Numbered from the stretch's first letter, positions 1-11,876 are shown. The stretch: 64,000 nt of DNA from Chiloscyllium plagiosum (GCF_004010195.1 NC_057720.1:21141217-21205216), one strand, 5' to 3'. Made by a program: numbers and translations. Notes: generated by a model not told the origin, from the sequence alone.

Positions 1-209
1 CACTCCGGCCTATCACCCTCACCTTGACCTCCTTCCACCTATCGCATTTCCAACGCCCCTCCCCCAAGCCCCTCCTCCCTACCTTTTATCTTCGCCTGCT
101 GGACACACTTTCCTCATTCCTCAAGAAAGGCTTATGCCCGAAACATCGATTCTCCTGTTCCTTGGATGCTGCCTGACCTGCTGCGCTTTTCCAGCAACAC
201 ATTTTCAGC
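1..209 (+). mobile_element. Penelope-like element 3' end/pseudo-LTR (family A), cut by the window edge, with a degenerate hammerhead
   Basis: Pyrimidine-rich 3' region followed by attcctcaagaaaggcttatgcccgaaacatcgattc...cctgacctgctgcgcttttccagcaacacattttcagc, nearly identical to the arms at 9996-10239 and 38876-39095. Confidence 0.8.
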
Positions 210-2703
210 ACTGCAGATATACAGCCTGGACAGTATCACCTTTCCAAATGTCCGAGCCATCTTGCATCACAGGCAGAATTTTGTTTCCTGGACTGTACAT
301 TGATGGCGTGTTCCTCATGCCAGTAAGAAACATTTTGTATGCATGAGCCCTGATTTTTAAATCAGCAGTAGCCCTTTCCTTTTCTAGCATGAAGCAGACT
401 CCATTTTGGGGATATTCCTGAAGGCATTTCTAATACATCTGTGTGATACACATATTTAAACATTCAAGCAAGATGCCTATATGACTGGCTCTTCCCAGCA
501 GCATTGATTCAAACATTTTCCCTCCTCAAACCATTCTATCGGAATGATCCTTGTGCAGAGACCCACAACACTAACCTGGACATCAAATTAGCTGGAATCA
601 GGGCCTAATTAAATAGGCCTAATACAATCCAATACTTTTGGTGTCCAGTTATTGTCATCTTGATGTGAAATTAAGCATATATAACATAACTGTTATTACA
701 TATAGTTTTTGTTCAAGGGCTGCTAATCAAGAACTGCTTAGCCAAGTTTTCCATTTATTTACTGGAAATTAACTTGAAACTAGCTAGCAGTCTGAGTAGT
801 TATTTAAGATAGTCAAAAAGCACAGCTAAATTGCCAAATAGCTGAAACGAAATGTGCATCTTGAAGCTCTCAGCATGGGTTTGGGATCTCAGCTAACTAC
901 ATAATGAGGGTTAATGGATGAGCTGCTCCTAAACCTCTGCCGATGCAGCTGGGGGGGTAAGTGAGTACAAGCAGGTAATTCATCCTCTCATTTCCACCTG
1001 CCTGTGGGGAATACATGGCCTGTGCCTGGCTCCTGTGAGGAATTACCATCTCAGGTCCTTAACTAATAGTATGCAGAGGATCAGATATAGACTCGATCCA
1101 ATCACAGTATTTTAATAATTGTGAGAGAGTCTGGAGTTCCATTTTAATTTTTGCATCCAGTAACCCGATTTATGATGTCAAATCTGGCATAACACTTTCC
1201 CTCCATGCTTAAACTGATGAAAGCATAGGAACTCCATATTTTCACAGCAGTCATGACTACACTTTTAAGGGTTGGAGTACATGAGAGTATAAAAAGCAAA
1301 GGTGATGAATTTGGACCTTGCACGCATTTTACAGGGGGCTATTTGCGTGCAACAGTCTCCAATTTAGAGGCTTACCAACCTGCACCCAAACAAGATCAGG
1401 AAATACATCCTATGTCTGGCTTGTCCTGCTGCCTACTTAAGCCAGCTGTTTGTTCCCTTATTAACTTATCCAATGGCCTAATGTCTACTTTTGGAACCAA
1501 ACTGGTTTGACTTGAACACGAAAGATGTTGAGCCGGCTTGATCTTGGCTTAATTTGTCCAAGTGTGCCTTAACCTGTGGTCCTTATTAGAGGCTGCAACT
1601 GTTAACCCTAGCATCTCTGAGTCCAACTGGTTTTCCACGCAACTGTCACCTTCCTCACATAACAGACAGCTGTGTCTGGAACTGCAACTCACATTCTAAA
1701 GAGGCAAAGATCACACCTGATTCAGAAGCAGTCCAACTTCTAGGCTGGGAATGATTGTAAATTGTAATGGCACTGTCAGGCTGAGGAAGGGCTCTGTGCA
1801 GTGATTGTTTTGGTGTGGTCCTTTTTAATAACAGAATCGACTCAACGAGGGAACTTAATCATAAAGTGTAAGAAGCTGTGCAGCCTCAGCAGAAGTGCAG
1901 CTCCGCTTATTGCATTCTCTCTATTTAAAGAATGACATTCATTAATTCAACACGGAAAACCTAGACATCTATCAACCAAGAAAGTGAGCAGTCATTGATT
2001 TAGTTGTCATTTTATCACTGACTGTTAAGAATATAGTGCACTTAGAACAAACACAGTTTCTTTCAGTGTGACTGATTTACCTTGTTATATTGTATGTTTT
2101 TCATAGCGGTCTAGCAATGATGGATGAATTTTATTTTCATCTTGCCAACCTCTTGCTTTCCACCAGTGTCATTTATTGTCTGTTAAAATACACAATAGAA
2201 GTCTGGTCTGCACACATGAGAAGAAGAGCCCATGGCTGGGTTATATCTTGTATGAATTTCCTTTTTAACCAAACACATAACGAGACTTTTAACACTATAT
2301 TTAATAAACGTGAGAGCAATAGAGGGAAATAGGCATGTGCTGACAAAAGTTGATTTATTTACTGTCAGTTTGGTGCAGTGAAATGGGTTATGACAGCCAT
2401 GGAGACTCATGTCTGCTATCCTGATTTCATACAGGTTGTTAATTTAAATCAAAGAATGTATTCATATTGCAGTTATGAGTCCATAAATCAGAATTCTACT
2501 AAAGTGGAGTGGATAGGTAGAAAACAGAAGCAGAAACTGTAATGATAATGTTCACAAGAATTTAAAACACAGCCTTATTAATTGCTTTAACATTGCTTTA
2601 ATATGGTTTTGAAGCCATATTAATTGCTTTAACACTCATTTGAAGCCTCTGCACATTGCCTCGACTGCCAAAATATAAAATCTGTTTGAATAAGTGGATT
2701 TCT

Positions 2704-3203
2704 NNNNNNNNNNNNNNNNNNNNNNNNNNNNNNNNNNNNNNNNNNNNNNNNNNNNNNNNNNNNNNNNNNNNNNNNNNNNNNNNNNNNNNNNNNNNNNNNN
2801 NNNNNNNNNNNNNNNNNNNNNNNNNNNNNNNNNNNNNNNNNNNNNNNNNNNNNNNNNNNNNNNNNNNNNNNNNNNNNNNNNNNNNNNNNNNNNNNNNNNN
2901 NNNNNNNNNNNNNNNNNNNNNNNNNNNNNNNNNNNNNNNNNNNNNNNNNNNNNNNNNNNNNNNNNNNNNNNNNNNNNNNNNNNNNNNNNNNNNNNNNNNN
3001 NNNNNNNNNNNNNNNNNNNNNNNNNNNNNNNNNNNNNNNNNNNNNNNNNNNNNNNNNNNNNNNNNNNNNNNNNNNNNNNNNNNNNNNNNNNNNNNNNNNN
3101 NNNNNNNNNNNNNNNNNNNNNNNNNNNNNNNNNNNNNNNNNNNNNNNNNNNNNNNNNNNNNNNNNNNNNNNNNNNNNNNNNNNNNNNNNNNNNNNNNNNN
3201 NNN
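2704..3203. other. Assembly gap (500 N)
   Basis: Run of N. Confidence 1.
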
Positions 3204-3775
3204 GTTAGAAATGCCTTCCATATCTCCTCTAATTGAAGAATCTCGTCAAATGCAGATACCTTCCCAATGATTGTGTCCTATTGCAGAGATCATTACACGT
3301 GTTAACACAACTTTCATTGTTTTGAAAGTGTGTCTTACTTCTGTACATCTTTTGGAAGTGATCCAGAGCTTTGCAAATGCATCATTCTTTCATGATGGCT
3401 GGGAATTGTCCATCCCTGTGATTGTGTTGTGCTTGTTCACACTTTTTTTCGCATCTAGTGTTGGGCTTGTTCTCTGTATAGATTTGTCAGATGCCTTTTT
3501 AGAATATCCATGCATTATATAGTGAATAAACTCTGCTTTCATTTTGAGAGAGTGTTGCTCTTCCCCTCCCAAGATCTGTCTTCTGAGTCTTTTTGGTTTC
3601 TGCTTGCAGCAGAAGTTGACTAACTTTCTGTAAAGTTACATCTTCTTTGTAAGAAGCCTGACAAACATTTCATCAAAAACTTCAACAACAAATCTGTCAC
3701 TTAGAAGTTCTGATTTCAAGGCTCTAAAGTCACAGTTTTCCCCAAATCTGTTGAAGTCTGGCAAGTGGACTTGTG
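3204..3775 (-). mobile_element. Decayed Ty3/Gypsy gag fragment
   Basis: Minus translation DFNRFGENCDFRALKSELLSDRFVVEVFDE resembles the Gypsy gag motif (ENC.FG.LK.ELIRDRIVVG..DE). Downstream FPAIMKE*CICKALDHFQKMYRSK is a broken CX2CX4HX4C knuckle. Stops and frameshifts present. Confidence 0.65.
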
Positions 3776-3907
3776 TTTCGATCAGAGTGGTGCTGGAAAA
3801 GCACAGTAGGTCAGGCAGCATCCGAGGAGCAAGAAAATCGACGTTTCGGGCAAAAGCCCTTCATCAGGAACTCTGGTTTCCAGCATCTGCAGTCCTCACT
3901 TTTGCCT
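3776..3907. mobile_element. Penelope-derived short insert (inverted arm plus 3' tail only)
   Basis: Flanking near-direct repeat aagtgg(g)acttgtg at 3763-3775 and 3908-3921; arm homologous to other family A copies. Confidence 0.8.
3840..3867 (-). ncRNA. Minimal hammerhead ribozyme motif, intact core
   Basis: Reverse complement reads CTGATGA A GGGC TTTT GCCC GAAA C GTC. Confidence 0.7.
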
Positions 3908-5087
3908 AAGTGGGACTTGTGCCAGTCTAGAGTAGGTCTTTGTCAGCGTCGGTCCTTTTGTACTATACAATTTTATGATAGACAGCTTTTGAAAATGTTT
4001 GCATTGGTTTCTTTATCCAGTATCCCTATTCTGCTCTCTGGGGTTGCCCACCTTTATCAGGTTTTCCCACCTTCTACAGCCAAGTTGAAGGTTTTCCGCT
4101 TCTTCCCAGTTAGTATAGCCATTTTACCAAGTTCCACAGACCTGTTAGATTAAGTTTGTTGGCTGAAGTATTTATATATTTCCCCATTTAAATCACAGCT
4201 CAATTGTCGAGTATTACTCCTTTTAAATCTTTAATTTTTCCTGGCTTCTCTTCTTCTGTTGGACTCGTACGCTAAATTTCCTTAAATTTGCTTCTTTTCA
4301 TCTTAAACAAATTCTGAGGCCTTCCCAATTCTGTGACTCCCCTTTAAATTTCTTTTCTGGCTGTGGCCTCGTGGAGGCAAACATTGGTGGTGGTATAAAG
4401 AGATGTGAGAACTCTCTTTTATATTCCCTTTCAGCTCATTACACATTTATTCATAAAGTTATTCCCTTAGTAACCTTTGCCACTATTTCTTGGAATTTTC
4501 AGTTTCTCCTTAAAGAGCCTTCTTCACTAAAGTCTGTGTATTTTCTGAGTTTGCCTGGCCTTTCCATCTTTTCCTAGTCTATGCTCTTATTGCAGCACTT
4601 TTTAATGATTTCTGAATGAGCTTTTGCCTTTGATGTGCTGAACTTGCAATTATGCTGCTTCCTAAGCTGTTGCTGTCCCAGTCTCACAAACTGCTTGTCG
4701 CAGCTGACTAACAGTCTGTGTTTTCTTAAAGTGGCAATGCTCTTAAAGTGGTAAATTCACTTGCGTGTTTTTTCTCTGGGTCTTCTGGATTTCTTCCCTT
4801 CATATTGGGGGTTAGATCTGCACTGCTGAAATATATGATATCATTCCAGATGACCACTTCTGCCACTTTGAGTCAATTTTCACTTCTATCAGTATGGAGT
4901 ACAAGTTTCATGGTTGTTTGAGATAATTTCCCTGCCAACGTCTCTCCTTTGACTTTATTTTGTTGTGGGTCTCTCTGGTAAGAACTGGTAGCATAGACAT
5001 GACTGTAGAGTATCTAAAGAAGTACTGTTCTCACTTAATAGGAAAATTAATTGCATGATGGCAACAATACATTCAATCTGGTATATT

Positions 5088-5402
5088 GGGGCAGCACGAT
5101 GGCACAGTGGGTTAGCACTGCAGCCTCACAGCACCAGGGTCCCAGGTTCAATTCCAGCCTCAGGTGACTGTCTGTGTGGAGTTTGCACATTCTCCTCATG
5201 TCTGCGTGGGTTTCCTCTGGGTGCTCCGGTTTTCTCCCACAGTCCAAAGATGTGCAGGTCAGGTGAATTGGCCATGTTAAATTGTCCATGGTGTTAGGTG
5301 CATTAGTCAGAGGGAAATGGGTCTGGGTGGGTTACTCTTCGGAGGGTCGGTGTGGACTGGTTGGGCCGAAGGGCCTGTTTCCACACTGTAGGTAATCTAA
5401 TC
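5088..5402 (+). mobile_element. HE1-like tRNA-derived V-SINE, full length
   Basis: A/B-box tRNA head (tggcacagtgg...ggttcaattcc), V-domain (gtggagtttgcacattctcc...gggtttcctc), CR1-like tail ending (aatct)n. Confidence 0.9.
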
Positions 5403-6241
5403 AAAAATAATCGCAAGAACTATAGAAAATTGGTATAGAGACATCTGCTCCCTCTGGAACTGGAGTGGACACATTGTCTCAACTCTTAGGCTGTGTGACA
5501 TTAGTAAAATGAATGTAGCTAATATAAACATGCATGTTAACTGAGAACCATGATTATGTTTGTGGGTTTTGGTTAATTATTAGTTGCTGTAGAGCATCTT
5601 GTTCATGGTCCCCTCTGTTGCCACTTTGCACCAATGGTGGGAGAGGGTGAATATTCAAGCTGGTGGAGGATATGCCAAACAGGTGGCCTGCTTCATCCTG
5701 GATGGTGTCATGCTCTAGAAGATGCATTTATCAAGGTACATGGAAAAGTATCCATCACAGTACTGACTGCTACCTTGTAAATGGTGGAAAGACTCCAAGA
5801 CATCACGTGGCAAATTACCTGCTACAGCCTTGGGCCTTCTCCTGCAATCAGACTTTGTTCACCTGGTTCAGTGATGTTTCTGGTGAACACTATGAAGTTG
5901 ATGGTCATTTGGTAGTACCGAATTTGAGAATTGTTGACAAAAGATACATTTTGTCAAAGCTTTTCATCTTGCATGCATCAGGACAACTTTCAAGAATACA
6001 AGAAGTGGAGACAAGATGCCAACCAATCAATCCTCTCCTCTCATTCAGCAGGGATGTTGTTTCTTCTTTTTGTTGATAGTATTGCAAATTATTCTGATGA
6101 GCACACGATGAATAGTTATGACAAAATGTGTATTCCTTTCAGCAATTCTCAAGTTGATACTGCAGGATTCAGTGAGGGCAATGTCAAGAATATAATATTT
6201 GATTCTGTCTCATTGGTGATGGTTATTTCTTAGCATATGTT

Positions 6242-6593
6242 GAGGCAGCAGTGGCCCAGTGGTATTATCACTATTAATCCAGAGACCCAGTAATGTTCTG
6301 GGGACCTGGGTTTGAGTCCTGCCATGGCAGATGGTGGAATTTGTCTTCAATGAAAATCTGGAATTAAGAATCTAATGATGACCATAAAACTATTGTCAAT
6401 CATCAGAAAACCCTGTCTGGCTCACTAAAGCCCCTTAGGGAAGGAAGCTACTGTCCTTGACTGGTCTGGCCTATATGTACCTCCAGACCCACATCGTTGT
6501 AGTTGACTCTTGACTTCTCTCTGGGCAATTAGAGATGGGCAATAAGTTCTGGCCTATCCAAAGATATCCACATGCTGTGAATGAAAAAAAAAA
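6242..6593 (+). mobile_element. tRNA-derived SINE, family B (tail shared with the L2/Crack-like LINE)
   Basis: tRNA-like head (agtggcccagtgg...gggtttgagtcc), core ctggtctggcctatatgtacctccagacccac, tail gggcaataagttctggcc...gaatga(A)n. Confidence 0.8.
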
Positions 6594-7007
6594 TCTGTGG
6601 CTCAGATGTTACTTGCTACTGCTTAACCCAAACCTGATTGTTTACAGGTCATACTGTGATTGGCATGGTCCAGTTTCTGATGGTTGTGGATGCTTCATGT
6701 AAAGACCATTGTCATTTTCTGACATTGTACTAAATGTGAGAAAGACATACTGTTTTAGCCCAAAAGACTGAGCAAAGAGATGGTTGCTGTTTTAAAGATC
6801 ATATTTAATGGAACACATTGAGTCTTGCATTTACAATTTTCCTTAATTCAAGTAGTGGGAAGGCTGTTGACACCTCGGCTCTGTGGGTGTGTCCCCAGAG
6901 CAGTTTTTGTCCAGTGACAGACTTCTGATTAGCTTTTCAACTAAGACCAGATGTGCATACTCAGGAGCTCTCAGTACAGTAACAACCTTTTGATTGGTTC
7001 CTGTTGG

Positions 7008-8053
7008 TCTTTCTCAGGATGACAGCCAGTGACAAGTGGTATTCTGCAAGGCTTAGTGTTGGGACCACAATTTTTCACTTTATACATTAACGATCTAGAT
7101 GAAGTAACTGAGGGCATTCTGGCTAAGTTTGCAGATGATACAAAGGTAGGTAGAGGGACAGGTAGCATTGAGGAGGCTGGGAGGCCGCAGAAGGATTTGG
7201 ACAGGTTAGGAGAGTGGGCAAAGAAATGGCAGATGGAATACAATGTGGGAAAGTGTGAGATCATGCACTTTGATAGGAAGAATAGAGGCATGGATTATTT
7301 TCTAGATGGGACGAAAATTCAGAAGTCTGAAGTGTAAAGAGACTTGGGAGTTCTAGTCCAGGATTCTCTCAAGGGAAACTTGTGGGTTGAGTCAGTAGTT
7401 AGGAAGGCAAATCATTGATGACATTTATTTTGAGAGGACTTGAATGTAAAAGCAGGGATGTACTTCTGAGGCGCTATCAGGCTCTAGTCAGACTACATTT
7501 GGAGTACAGTGCGCCGTTTTGGGCTCCATATCTCAGGAAGGATGTATGGCCCTGGAGCATGTTCAGAAGAGGTTCATGAGAATGGTCCCAGGAATGAAAG
7601 TCGTAATGTATGAGGAACGTTTGAGGATGCTGGGACTATACTCAATGGAGTTTAGAAGGATGAGGGGGGATCTAATTGAAACTTACAGAAGACTGAATGG
7701 CCTGGACAGAGTGGATGTTGGGAAGATATTTCCATTGGTAGGAGAGACTCAGACCCGAGGGCACGGTCTTGGAGTAAAGGGAAGACTTTTTAGAATGGAG
7801 ATAAGGAGAATCGTCTTCAACTAGAGAGTGGTGAATCATTAGAATTCTTTGCTACAGAAGGCTGTTTTAAGGCAGGTCATTGAATATTTTTAAGACTGAG
7901 AAAGATAGGTTATTGATTGTCAAGAGGATCAAGGGTTATGGGGAGAAAGCAGCAGAATGGGGTTGAGAAACTTATCAGCGATGATTGAATAGTGGAGCAG
8001 ACTCCATTCGCTGAGTAGCCCAATTTCTGCTTTTATGTCTTATGGTCTTATGG
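7008..8053 (+). mobile_element. CR1 LINE, 5'-truncated (RT C-terminus to 3' tail)
   Basis: ORFs SGILQGLVLGPQFFTLYINDLDE...KFADDTK and LGLYSMEFRRMRGDLIETY; (ttatggtc)n tail. Confidence 0.95.
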
Positions 8054-8310
8054 TTTCTTGTCCTCAAAGAGATGGAAAGAAATGGAGGGAAGTAGAAGAA
8101 AATACCTTATTGACACTCAGAATCCAGGCTGGTGCCAAAACTATGCTTTAATGTTTTGCTTTGGTCCTTCATCGCCCAAAATATTTCTGCCTTGTCTCTT
8201 TGTGTGTCTGTTTGTATGTATATGGGATTTTTTTTAAAGGGTAGGGTTTAATTTTTAGAGAGTTATAGGTTAACAATTTGTGTTTCTTTTATGCAACTGT
8301 TAAGAACAAT

Positions 8311-8405
8311 GTTAAAAATCACACAACACCAGGTTATAATCCAACAGGTTTAATTGGAAGCACACTAGCTTTCGGAGCGACGCTCCTTCATCAGGTGGTA
8401 GTGGA
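8311..8405 (-). mobile_element. Penelope-derived pseudo-LTR arm (family B)
   Basis: Nearly identical to the left arm of the palindrome at 58141-58354. Confidence 0.8.
8363..8397 (-). ncRNA. Minimal hammerhead ribozyme motif, intact core (family B)
   Basis: Reverse complement reads CAC CTGATGA A GGAGC GTC GCTCC GAAA G CTA GTG: stem I CAC/GTG, stem II GGAGC/GCTCC, palindromic AGCT stem III, CUA triplet. Confidence 0.75.
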
Positions 8406-9629
8406 CTACCCAGTGAGTTCTGCCACATTAAAGATCATATAGCCAGTGCGCAAATCTCTTCACTTTCAACTTAAACATGGAAGCAAGGTTATTGAAGCAG
8501 TCGATTATAGTTATGTCTTGAACACTGCTCAGTGGAACTCCAACATTAATGTCCTGGAAGATTATCACAGGAAACTAGAAACATCTCCTTTTGTGCTGGA
8601 AGTGACTCCAGTCAGTGAAGAGTTTCTCCTGATTTATATTGACCTCAACCTTACAAGGGCTGCTTGATGCCAAACATGTTCAAATGCTACCACTATTGAT
8701 AGCTATGTAATGTGAACGTACACTGCCTAACTTGTTTATTGATGAAATCTATACTTCTGTTACCTAGAACGTCTTAGCAATCCAAAAAAACTGGTTGAGT
8801 ACAAGAGAGATACTTCAGCAATAATGTAATATTAAATTAAAGGACATATATTTATATAGTGCCTTATCACATCTCAAAAATATATACATTTTTAATGAGG
8901 TAGAGAAGCAGTACTACAGGCTAGAGTATATGCTGCAATTTCTGATATCTGTAAAATGTAAATCCTAATATTTAATATACAAGTGCTCTGATTTTCAAGG
9001 TCTGGATCCAATATTTATGATGTGCATTGATAGCAGTTGTAGAAGGTACATAGTTATTTTCAGAATCCTCAGAGCACTCTCCTGTTCACAGTTGTCTTCA
9101 AAAATTACTTTTGATTGGTCTGAAGTGACATAATGTTCTAGTAAGTACAAATAACTGCAGCTTTTAAAAGTCAACCTTTTTCTCTTCCATATAAAACTTC
9201 AACTTGAGATGAGAAAAGCACATTAAAGAGTATTTTTTTCACGATTTTCCTGATATTGATATTTGCACAGTATTTAAGGTTCCCTCCACTCACACACATG
9301 CATGCAAGAGTGGTTGAACTAACCTAATAATTACAGACGTATGAATGGTAATGTGTGGTGTTGAATGCAGCCAGTTCCTTCTATCAATCAGCACTCTGGT
9401 GCTGGACTTTTAAGAGTGTAAGCTTCAGTCAGAACTATAAGGGATGCTATTAATTATAGAGTTGAGACATTTATGGCACAAGAGGAGATCATTCAGTCCA
9501 TCAGGTCCATGTTGGAAATTTAAATGAATAGAAAATGTTAAGAAATCACACAAAAATAAATACGAAAAAATAAATTGTTATGAAATCTTCTCCAGATCTG
9601 GTTTACATGGTGATATATGCCAATAGCTA

Positions 9630-9983
9630 AAGAAAGACTGACTTTTATTGATTCAGGTATACAACATCTCAAATGTTTTAGGGTTCACAAGCAATCTATT
9701 CTCTTGAAATTCATTGGTTAGTGTTTAATTAGTAAATCACTGGGTTGTATGCAACAGGGAGATAAATCTGCTTTTGGTAATGCTGGTTAAGAAACCAGTT
9801 GAATACAACATTGGCAATATTGCTGCTCTTCTTCAAATAATGTCATTGGATTCTTATTGTCTGCCTCAATCACGAAACCAACACAAACTCAGGTAATTAT
9901 CGCATTAAAAAGTCCGGTGCTTAAACAATGCAGCAGGTTCATGTCTTCTGGGATTGTACTCTCAATGCTTGAGCGTGTCTTGG
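9630..9983 (-). mobile_element. Decayed Deu-domain SINE (SacSINE1/AmnSINE-like)
   Basis: ataaatctgcttttggtaatgctggtt...tgctcttcttcaaataatgtcattggattctt resembles the Deu-domain reverse complement and 40640-41075. Confidence 0.45.
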
Positions 9984-10058
9984 ACATACAATATAAGCTG
10001 AAAATGTGTTGCTGGAAAAGCGCAGCAGGTCAGGCAGCATCCAGGGAACAGGAGAATC

Positions 10059-10086
10059 GACGTTTCGGGCATAAGCCCTTCTTCAG
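10059..10086 (-). ncRNA. Minimal hammerhead ribozyme motif, intact core
   Basis: Reverse complement reads CTGAAGA A GGGC TTAT GCCC GAAA C GTC. Confidence 0.7.
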
Positions 10087-10114
10087 GGCTTATGAAGAAG
10101 GGCTTATGCCATTC

Positions 10115-10142
10115 CTGAAGAAGGGCTTATGCCCGAAACGTC
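10115..10142 (+). ncRNA. Minimal hammerhead ribozyme motif, intact core
   Basis: CTGAAGA A GGGC TTAT GCCC GAAA C GTC. Confidence 0.7.
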
Positions 10143-10919
10143 GATTCTCCTGTTCCCTGGATGCTGCCTGACCTGCTGCGCTTTTCCAGCAACACATTTT
10201 CAGCTCTGATTTCCAGCATCTGCAGACCTCACTTTCTCCACATACAATATAAGACCAACTAACAAAATGGGGCTTGAAATTGGCAATTTTAAAACTCTTT
10301 TCAAAAAAATCATGTGCTCAACACATAGAGGATGCACATACTGCCATTATCAGTACATACAGCATTGCTGTTTCTGGAGATTGGAGGGTTGCAAAACACT
10401 TATGCCAACAGCTAGAAATTTGGACTGATTGTTGGAACAGAACAGAGGGAGGTGTACTATTCATCAATATCATCTGCACTTTCCCTGACTTTAAAGTGCA
10501 GGATGATGATAATGAGTGCATAGAATGGAAAAAAAATGTTCCATTGTCCAGCAATGACATACCTCACTTTGATGGAACAGAAAATTCACCGAAACTAGAT
10601 AGTGGTTAAGTCTTGTTCATATTATTTTTAAAATGTTCAGACTGTTCCATGAGAGACCTTCAGCAAAGCCTCTGGATCACAGTTCTTTTTGTAAATTGTG
10701 CAGTCAATTTTAAAAGTAGCGTATACTCTAAAGATGACTAGGTTCAATTACCATTTAAAAAAGAACCTGAGCTATAATGGTTCTTTATGAATTTTGTTCT
10801 CATTAAAGTTGAAAGTGTCAGCCTTGGAATTTGGACACTCTTGCACTTTAAAAACCCATTTATTAGAATCAAACATTGCCATCTCTTTTTTGAAATTGGA
10901 AACTGAATGCAAGCCAAAC

Positions 10920-11225
10920 CTGAGTATTTTCTTGAATTGGGAGGAGATGACAAGGGGTATCCCACAAGGATCTGTGTTGGAGCCTTAATGATTCATTATT
11001 TTTCATTGCTCACTTAGATAACAGAATGGCGAGTCATTTATACGACTCCAAGTAAAGAGCTGAAATGTACAATTAAAGAGATGTTAATAGATTAAATGAG
11101 TGGATGAAAGTGTGGAATTCAATCCAGTAAAGTGTGATGCCATCCATTTTGAATGAAAGAAAGATACATTGGAGTATTATTTAAGTGGTGGAAAGTGTTG
11201 GGGAAAGATGTCAAAGAGGAGTCTC
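10920..11225 (+). mobile_element. Old CR1 RT fragment
   Basis: WEEMTRGIPQGSVLEP, followed by a decayed FNP.KCDAIHF region. Confidence 0.75.
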
Positions 11226-11289
11226 CAATCTGTGTCCAGCAGTACAAGTTAATTTTTTTCAGACCTCCTTTACAACACGTGTTGGAGAG

Positions 11290-11540
11290 GCCAGAGACCG
11301 CTCTGAATCTGGTTTTCACATGGAGCCCAGTTGGTCTCTTAGTGATCAGTGATGTTCTATCTTTCCCAATAACGCACAGGATATTTATACATTCTGGGTT
11401 ACAAAACTTACATGCAACATTGAGATCAGTGCTTACCACCACCTCTCTGACTATTACGTCCCTCCCCAGACATTTGTCAGCTACATCATACTGAGTAGGC
11501 GCTGTCTGGTACCTGGTGAAGCTCTGATTATTTATTTTCC
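11290..11540 (-). mobile_element. Possible very decayed Gypsy RNase H fragment
   Basis: QYDVADKCLG resembles QCDASDKGLG, and a frameshifted NITDH* resembles VETDHK; weak. Confidence 0.25.
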
Positions 11541-11617
11541 TGACATCATAAGTAATGTTTCGCATATGTCCCCTTAGTGTTTTCTGTTTTCTGGTGTCCT
11601 TTCATGAGGTTATCTGT

Positions 11618-11748
11618 TTATAGGAAGGGTTTGGAGGGATATGGGCCGGGTGCTGGCAGGTGGGACTAGATTGGGTTGGGATATCTGGTCGGCATGGACG
11701 GGCTGGGCCAAAGGGTCTGTTTCCATGCTGTACATCTCTATGACTCTA
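11618..11748 (+). mobile_element. CR1/HER1-like 3' end
   Basis: ggaagggtttggagggatatgggcc...gggtctgtttccatgctgtacatctctatgactcta, matching the ends at 23600-23725 and 28730-28845. Confidence 0.9.
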
Positions 11749-11876
11749 CAGAACAAACTTGGTTATCTGAAAGTCAATGATTTGAATTTCGGATTATCAA
11801 AGTCCGTAAAAACATTATCCGTTATCCGAACAACAAACTCCCTACCCATCTTATGTGGATAACCGAGATTGTTCTG
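11749..11876. mobile_element. Tc1/mariner-Tigger-like MITE
   Basis: Terminal inverted repeats CAGAACAAACTTGGTTATC / GATAACCGAGATTGTTCTG with TA on both sides. Confidence 0.75.

Larger units (their letters stand above)
5590..8690 (-). mobile_element. Old L2/Crack-like LINE fragments, interrupted by younger inserts
   Basis: Pieces at about 5590-5910, 6170-6240, 6595-6690 and 8480-8690; the first resembles the reverse complement of the LINE at 24665-25118 and the copy at 17185-17805. Confidence 0.5.
9996..10239. mobile_element. Penelope-derived asymmetric palindrome (family A), young
   Basis: Essentially perfect inverted arms of about 90 bp, an extra tail of about 35 nt on the right, TSD acatacaatataag at 9984-9997 and 10240-10253. 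Confidence 0.9.

Noticed and set aside
1318..1352. 9-bp inverted repeat TTGCACGCA...TGCGTGCAA
   Set aside because: Short and isolated; could be chance or a decayed MITE interior.
2598..3270. Longest ORFs in the track (180-207 aa)
   Set aside because: Artefacts of translating the N gap.
3922..4860. Strand-biased pyrimidine-rich block, possibly an L1-like ORF1 fossil on the minus strand
   Set aside because: Only a vague KKRKTFN resemblance; no supportable motif.
10274..10609. 111-aa ORF in apparently unique sequence
   Set aside because: Non-ATG start, no recognisable domain and no convincing splice signals.
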